A program made the position numbers and the translations under genes. 64,000 nucleotides of DNA from Deltaproteobacteria bacterium (lineage in GTDB: Bacteria; Myxococcota_A; UBA796; JAFGLY01), in the NCBI GenBank assembly GCA_041309225.1, contig JBFYZZ010000152.1, positions 6,121 to 70,120 of the forward strand, in the 5' to 3' direction. The stretch's first letter is position 1. Each line of letters begins with the position of its first letter. Positions 60,764-64,000 of the stretch are shown piece by piece. The notes under the pieces were generated by a model. It was not told the origin of the DNA and ran no database searches. It saw only the letters and a program-made list of their open reading frames with translations.

Positions 60764-61300
60764 CTACCGTACCTGCACGTTCACGGGCCAGCAGACCCAG
60801 GTGGGCCCGTCGGCCGGGGGAAAGGGCACGCGGGCCAGGGCTCGGGCGAGGCACGCGGCCAGGTGGCCGTCGTCTCCGGTCGTGTCCCCCGCCACGGTGC
60901 TCCGGGACACGCGGCCCTCGGGCGCCACCGAGAGGCGGACGAGCACCTGACCCGGCTGGTGCGGTGCCTCGGAGAGGGCGTCCTGCACGCAGATCCGGAC
61001 GGCCGAGAGGTCGGCCACGACGGCTGCGTGGACCGCCTCGAGGGACAGCGCGCCGGCCACGCCCACGGCGCGGAGCGGCGCGTCCGGGGCCGCGGTGCAT
61101 GCCGGGAGGTCGTCCTCCCCAACCGGCGCGGGGGGATCCGCACCCGGGGACGTCTCCGCCGCGAGCGGGTCGGCCGTGGGCGCGTCGGCTGCGGGGAAGG
61201 TGACCGAGAGCACCTCGCCCGACGCGACCACCGCGGCGCCGGGCCCCGGGCGGTGGGCCGCGCAGGCCGCCAGCGCGATGCCGATCGCGAGCAGGGTCAC
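60764..61300 (-). CDS. lipoprotein with AgmX/PglI-like (TonB_C-like) C-terminal domain
   Basis: This is the only credible part of ORF 60764..63592. GTG 61300 overlaps the upstream stop (GTGA). Begins VTLLAIGIALAAC (lipobox). C-terminal domain: VRICVQDAL..GQVLVRLSVAPEGRVSRSTVAGD..ACLARALARVPFPP. Confidence 0.65.
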   Translation of the reverse strand: MTLLAIGIALAACAAHRPGPGAAVVASGEVLSVTFPAADAPTADPLAAETSPGADPPAPVGEDDLPACTAAPDAPLRAVGVAGALSLEAVHAAVVADLSAVRICVQDALSEAPHQPGQVLVRLSVAPEGRVSRSTVAGDTTGDDGHLAACLARALARVPFPPADGPTWVCWPVNVQVR

Positions 61301-61905
61301 TGCCAGAACATGCCGGGGCAGAAACTGGCGTCGAAGCGCCCTTCGACCTCGCCGTGGCGGAACGTCGCCTCGTACCGGCCCCTCAGGCCCTCGTCCTCCT
61401 TCCAGTGCTTGATGGTGCCGCTGCCGCCCGTGGCCGTCCAGGACTCCGAGGGCATCAACTGCCGGTCCTCCCCGCAGAGTTCCTCGCAGGCCTCGGGATC
61501 GAAGAGCGCGGTGGTGTCCGTGCGGGTGAGGGAGGCCGAGAAGGACGCTTCGGAGGTGGCGTCGTTCCACTCGTAGTCCTGCTCCACCTCGGTGGTGGTG
61601 GCGAACAGCAGCGACAGGGTCCAGAGGGTGTCCCCGGTGAGGTGCTCGAGGGCGAGTTCGTGCAGATCTCCGCACAGGATGCTGCAGGTGCCTTCCGCCT
61701 CCTCCAGAGCCTCGAGCCCCTCGCAGCCGTCGTAGGCGCTGGTGACGAGGACCGCGAAGATCCGGTACCGGAACGCCCCGATCTGGTACAACTCGGTGTC
61801 GTAGAAGGCGTCCTGGGCCCCGCGCACGTCTTCGCCCTCCATGGTCCCGTCCATGGTGGTGCAGGCGGCGAGCGCTGCGAGCAGGGAGACGAGGGGGCGA
61901 GGCAC
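61297..61905 (-). CDS. acidic Cys-containing lipoprotein
   Basis: 202 aa. MPRPLVSLLAALAAC (lipobox). No family recognised. Confidence 0.6.
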   Translation of the reverse strand: MPRPLVSLLAALAACTTMDGTMEGEDVRGAQDAFYDTELYQIGAFRYRIFAVLVTSAYDGCEGLEALEEAEGTCSILCGDLHELALEHLTGDTLWTLSLLFATTTEVEQDYEWNDATSEASFSASLTRTDTTALFDPEACEELCGEDRQLMPSESWTATGGSGTIKHWKEDEGLRGRYEATFRHGEVEGRFDASFCPGMFWQ

Positions 61906-62062
61906 GGGGCATCCTCCGGGCCCCTCCTATCCGTGCGGCGTGTCGGCCGTGCAGCCTCCGGGGGGTGGACGCCCGCCGGCATCCGGATAGGACGAATGGC
62001 TCAGGTGGAGGTGCAGAGGGCACCCTCGGGCCTGGGCGCGGCCAGAGCCAGAGGATCCACCG

Positions 62063-63451
62063 ATGCCGGATGCACGCCCCACCGTAGAGCAACTGCTCGC
62101 CAAGGCCTACCAGCCGTCCAAGGACGCCATGGAACTCCACCCCTTCTACAAGGGGAAGTACCAGGTCACGTCCAAGTGCTGCGTCCGCAGCCTCGACGAC
62201 TTCGCGATCTGGTACACCCCCGGCGTGGCCGCGCCCTGCAAGGACATCCAGGCCAGCCCGGGGCGCGTCTTCGACCACACCAACAAGGGCAACTGCATCG
62301 CGGTGGTCTCCGACGGCAGCCGCGTGCTCGGGCTGGGCAACATCGGACCCGAGGCCGGCCTCCCGGTGATGGAGGGCAAGGCCCTGCTGTTCAAGTACCT
62401 CGGGGGCGTGGACGCCGTCCCGATCTGCATCGACGCGCACGGCGCCGAGGAGATCATCCAGTTCGTGAAGTGGCTCCAGCCCTCCTTCGGCGGCATCAAC
62501 CTCGAGGACATCGAGAAGCCCAAATGCTTCACGATCCTCGACCGCCTGCGCACCGAGTGCCGCATCCCCGTCTGGCACGACGACCAGCAGGGCACCGCCG
62601 CCGTCACGGTGGCCGGCCTGGTCAACGCCCTGAAGCTGGTCCACAAGCGGATCGACCGGGTGGGCATCGCGCTCCTCGGCGCGGGGGCGGCCAACCAGGC
62701 CATCGCCCGCCTGCTCGTCCTGGTGGGAGCGGATCCGGGCCGCATCGTGATGGCGGATTCCAAGGGCATCCTCCACAAGGGCCGGGCGGACGTGCAGCAC
62801 GGCGACGATCCCTACAAGTGGGACTGGACCTGCCGCACCAACGAGGAGCAGCGGCAGGGCGGGGTGGCCGACGCCTTGGAGAACATGGACGTCTGCATCG
62901 CGCTCTCCAAGCAGGGCCCCGGGACGCTCAAGGTGGACCAGGTGCGCAGGATGGTCAGGGACTCCATCGTGTTCGCCTGCGCCAATCCCGTGCCCGAGAT
63001 GTGGCCCTGGGAGGCCGAGGAGGCGGGCTGCGCGGTGTTCGCCACCGGGCGCTCCGACTTCCCGAACCAGGTCAACAACTCCCTCGGGTTTCCGGGCATC
63101 TTCCGGGGCACGCTCGACGTCCGTGCTCGCACGATCACCGACGAGATGTGCGTCGCGGCCGCCCTGGAGCTGGCCCGGGTCGCCGCCGACAAGGGCCTCC
63201 GCCCCGACTACATCATCCCCTGCATGGACGAGTGGGAGGTCTTCCCCCGGGAGGCCGTGGCCGTCGGGAGGAAGGCCATCGAGCAGGGCGTGGCCGGCGT
63301 CGAGCACGACGCCGAGACCCTCTACTCCATGGCCGAGCACACCATCCGTGGGGCGCGCGCCGTGGTGGATCGGCTCCAGGAGGTCGGGCTCATCCCCCAG
63401 CCCGCCACCCCGCCGGTGAGCCCGGACCTCCGGCACTGCCGCAACGACTGA
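62063..63451 (+). CDS. NAD(P)-dependent malic enzyme (short form, no PTA domain)
   Basis: 462 aa. YTPGVA, VVSDGSRVLGLGNIGPEAGLPVMEGKALLFK, FGGINLEDI, PVWHDDQQGTA, GAGAAN. Confidence 0.93.
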   Translation: MPDARPTVEQLLAKAYQPSKDAMELHPFYKGKYQVTSKCCVRSLDDFAIWYTPGVAAPCKDIQASPGRVFDHTNKGNCIAVVSDGSRVLGLGNIGPEAGLPVMEGKALLFKYLGGVDAVPICIDAHGAEEIIQFVKWLQPSFGGINLEDIEKPKCFTILDRLRTECRIPVWHDDQQGTAAVTVAGLVNALKLVHKRIDRVGIALLGAGAANQAIARLLVLVGADPGRIVMADSKGILHKGRADVQHGDDPYKWDWTCRTNEEQRQGGVADALENMDVCIALSKQGPGTLKVDQVRRMVRDSIVFACANPVPEMWPWEAEEAGCAVFATGRSDFPNQVNNSLGFPGIFRGTLDVRARTITDEMCVAAALELARVAADKGLRPDYIIPCMDEWEVFPREAVAVGRKAIEQGVAGVEHDAETLYSMAEHTIRGARAVVDRLQEVGLIPQPATPPVSPDLRHCRND

Positions 63452-63519
63452 ACCCGCGACGCGTCTCGGGACTGACCCGGCCCGCGCTGGAGGGATAGAC
63501 CGGCCCGACAGGTGAGCCG

Positions 63520-64000
63520 ATGAAGGGCATCCGGTGGACCGCGCTGCTGCTCGCGACGCTGGTCGTATGCGCGGTGTTCGGGCCCGCGGCACTCCACCTG
63601 CCGTCCCGCTTCCTCGGCATCGAGTACGTGGACCACTACGGTACGCAGTGGTTCTACTGGTTCGTCGAGCACCAGCTCCGCGCGGGACAAGGCGCCTGGT
63701 GGACCGACCTCTTCTTCTACCCGTGGGGCAAGGACATCTTCCTCCACACGGGGACCAACGTCATCGACGGCTACGCGGCACTCCCCTTCCGGTGGGTGTT
63801 CGGGCCGGTGCTGGGGTACAACCTGTTCGTCCTCGTGGGCCTGGCCCTGACCGGCGTGGCCTTCGGGTACCTGGCGCGGGAGTTCACCGACGATCGACCC
63901 GCCATCCTCGTCTCGAGCGTCCTCTTCGCCGTCTCCCCGTTCATCCTGTTCGAGCTCGTCGAGGGGCGTCCCACCCAGGCCATCCTCCTGCTCCCGGTGC
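63520..64000 (+). CDS. polytopic membrane protein, 3' end beyond window
   Basis: Not in the ORF track (open at the window end). ATG 63520 is preceded by AGGTGAG. My translation is MKGIRWTALLLATLVVCAVFGP..YGTQWFYWFVEHQL..FFYPWGKDIFLHTGTNVIDGY..LFVLVGLALTGVAFGYL, with several TM segments. The fold may be glycosyltransferase-C-like, but this is unconfirmed. Confidence 0.55.
   Translation, partial: MKGIRWTALLLATLVVCAVFGPAALHLPSRFLGIEYVDHYGTQWFYWFVEHQLRAGQGAWWTDLFFYPWGKDIFLHTGTNVIDGYAALPFRWVFGPVLGYNLFVLVGLALTGVAFGYLAREFTDDRPAILVSSVLFAVSPFILFELVEGRPTQAILLLPV

Noticed and set aside
60764-63592. 942-aa minus-strand ORF treated as one gene
   Set aside because: Only its last 537 nt (60764-61300) look like a real lipoprotein gene, with its own GTG start overlapping the upstream stop. 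The remainder is antisense to the malic enzyme gene or out of frame with the 61297-61905 lipoprotein. The same logic was applied to ORFs 56254..59169, 4455..7916, 7265..8461 and 48569..50323, where only the 3' portions were kept.

Overview
This is a 64-kb, roughly 70% GC chromosomal segment. It has no rRNA, tRNA, CRISPR, transposase or integrase that I can recognise. The six-frame track is dominated by long Arg/Pro/Gly-rich shadow ORFs typical of high-GC DNA. I kept about 55 genes, based on natural-looking protein sequence, family motifs recalled from memory, Shine-Dalgarno (SD) sites and 4-nt start/stop overlaps.

Lineage markers point to Myxococcota:
- a MYXO-CTERM-type sorting tail
- an MJ0042-type zinc ribbon
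- a DUF4388-like domain
- an AgmX/PglI-like C-terminal domain

Housekeeping content:
- groES-groEL, rpoZ and acs with an MFS transporter
- a PBP1A, malic enzyme and phosphomannomutase
- an acyl-CoA dehydrogenase and an M18 aminopeptidase
- a 5'-nucleotidase and a TldD/PmbA-family protein

The most unusual stretch is about 24.1-39.2 kb:
- A TetR-led six-gene envelope exporter operon (two FtsX permeases, an ABC ATPase, a LolA-like protein and an OM barrel) continues into a hypothetical gene and a soluble histidine kinase.
- That operon is divergent from two tandem orphan phage-gpV/VgrG-gp5-like spike genes, which are followed by an HTH-SspB-like adaptor fusion. No sheath, tube or baseplate genes are nearby.
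- The kinase converges on, and overlaps, an NtrC-type activator.
- The activator sits divergent to a perfect sigma-54 promoter that drives a Cys-rich Crp/Fnr regulator and a SWIM-SNF2 helicase.

Other notable items:
- an ECF sigma/ZAS anti-sigma pair followed by an S41-peptidase homolog lacking both catalytic residues
- a PBP1A with a 12-Cys insert
- an HDAC fused to an unknown domain
- an M2 (ACE-like) peptidase
- a HerA-like ATPase
- a eukaryote-type hexokinase coupled to a Dabb-domain gene

All functional calls rest on motif and architecture recognition only. No database search was run.
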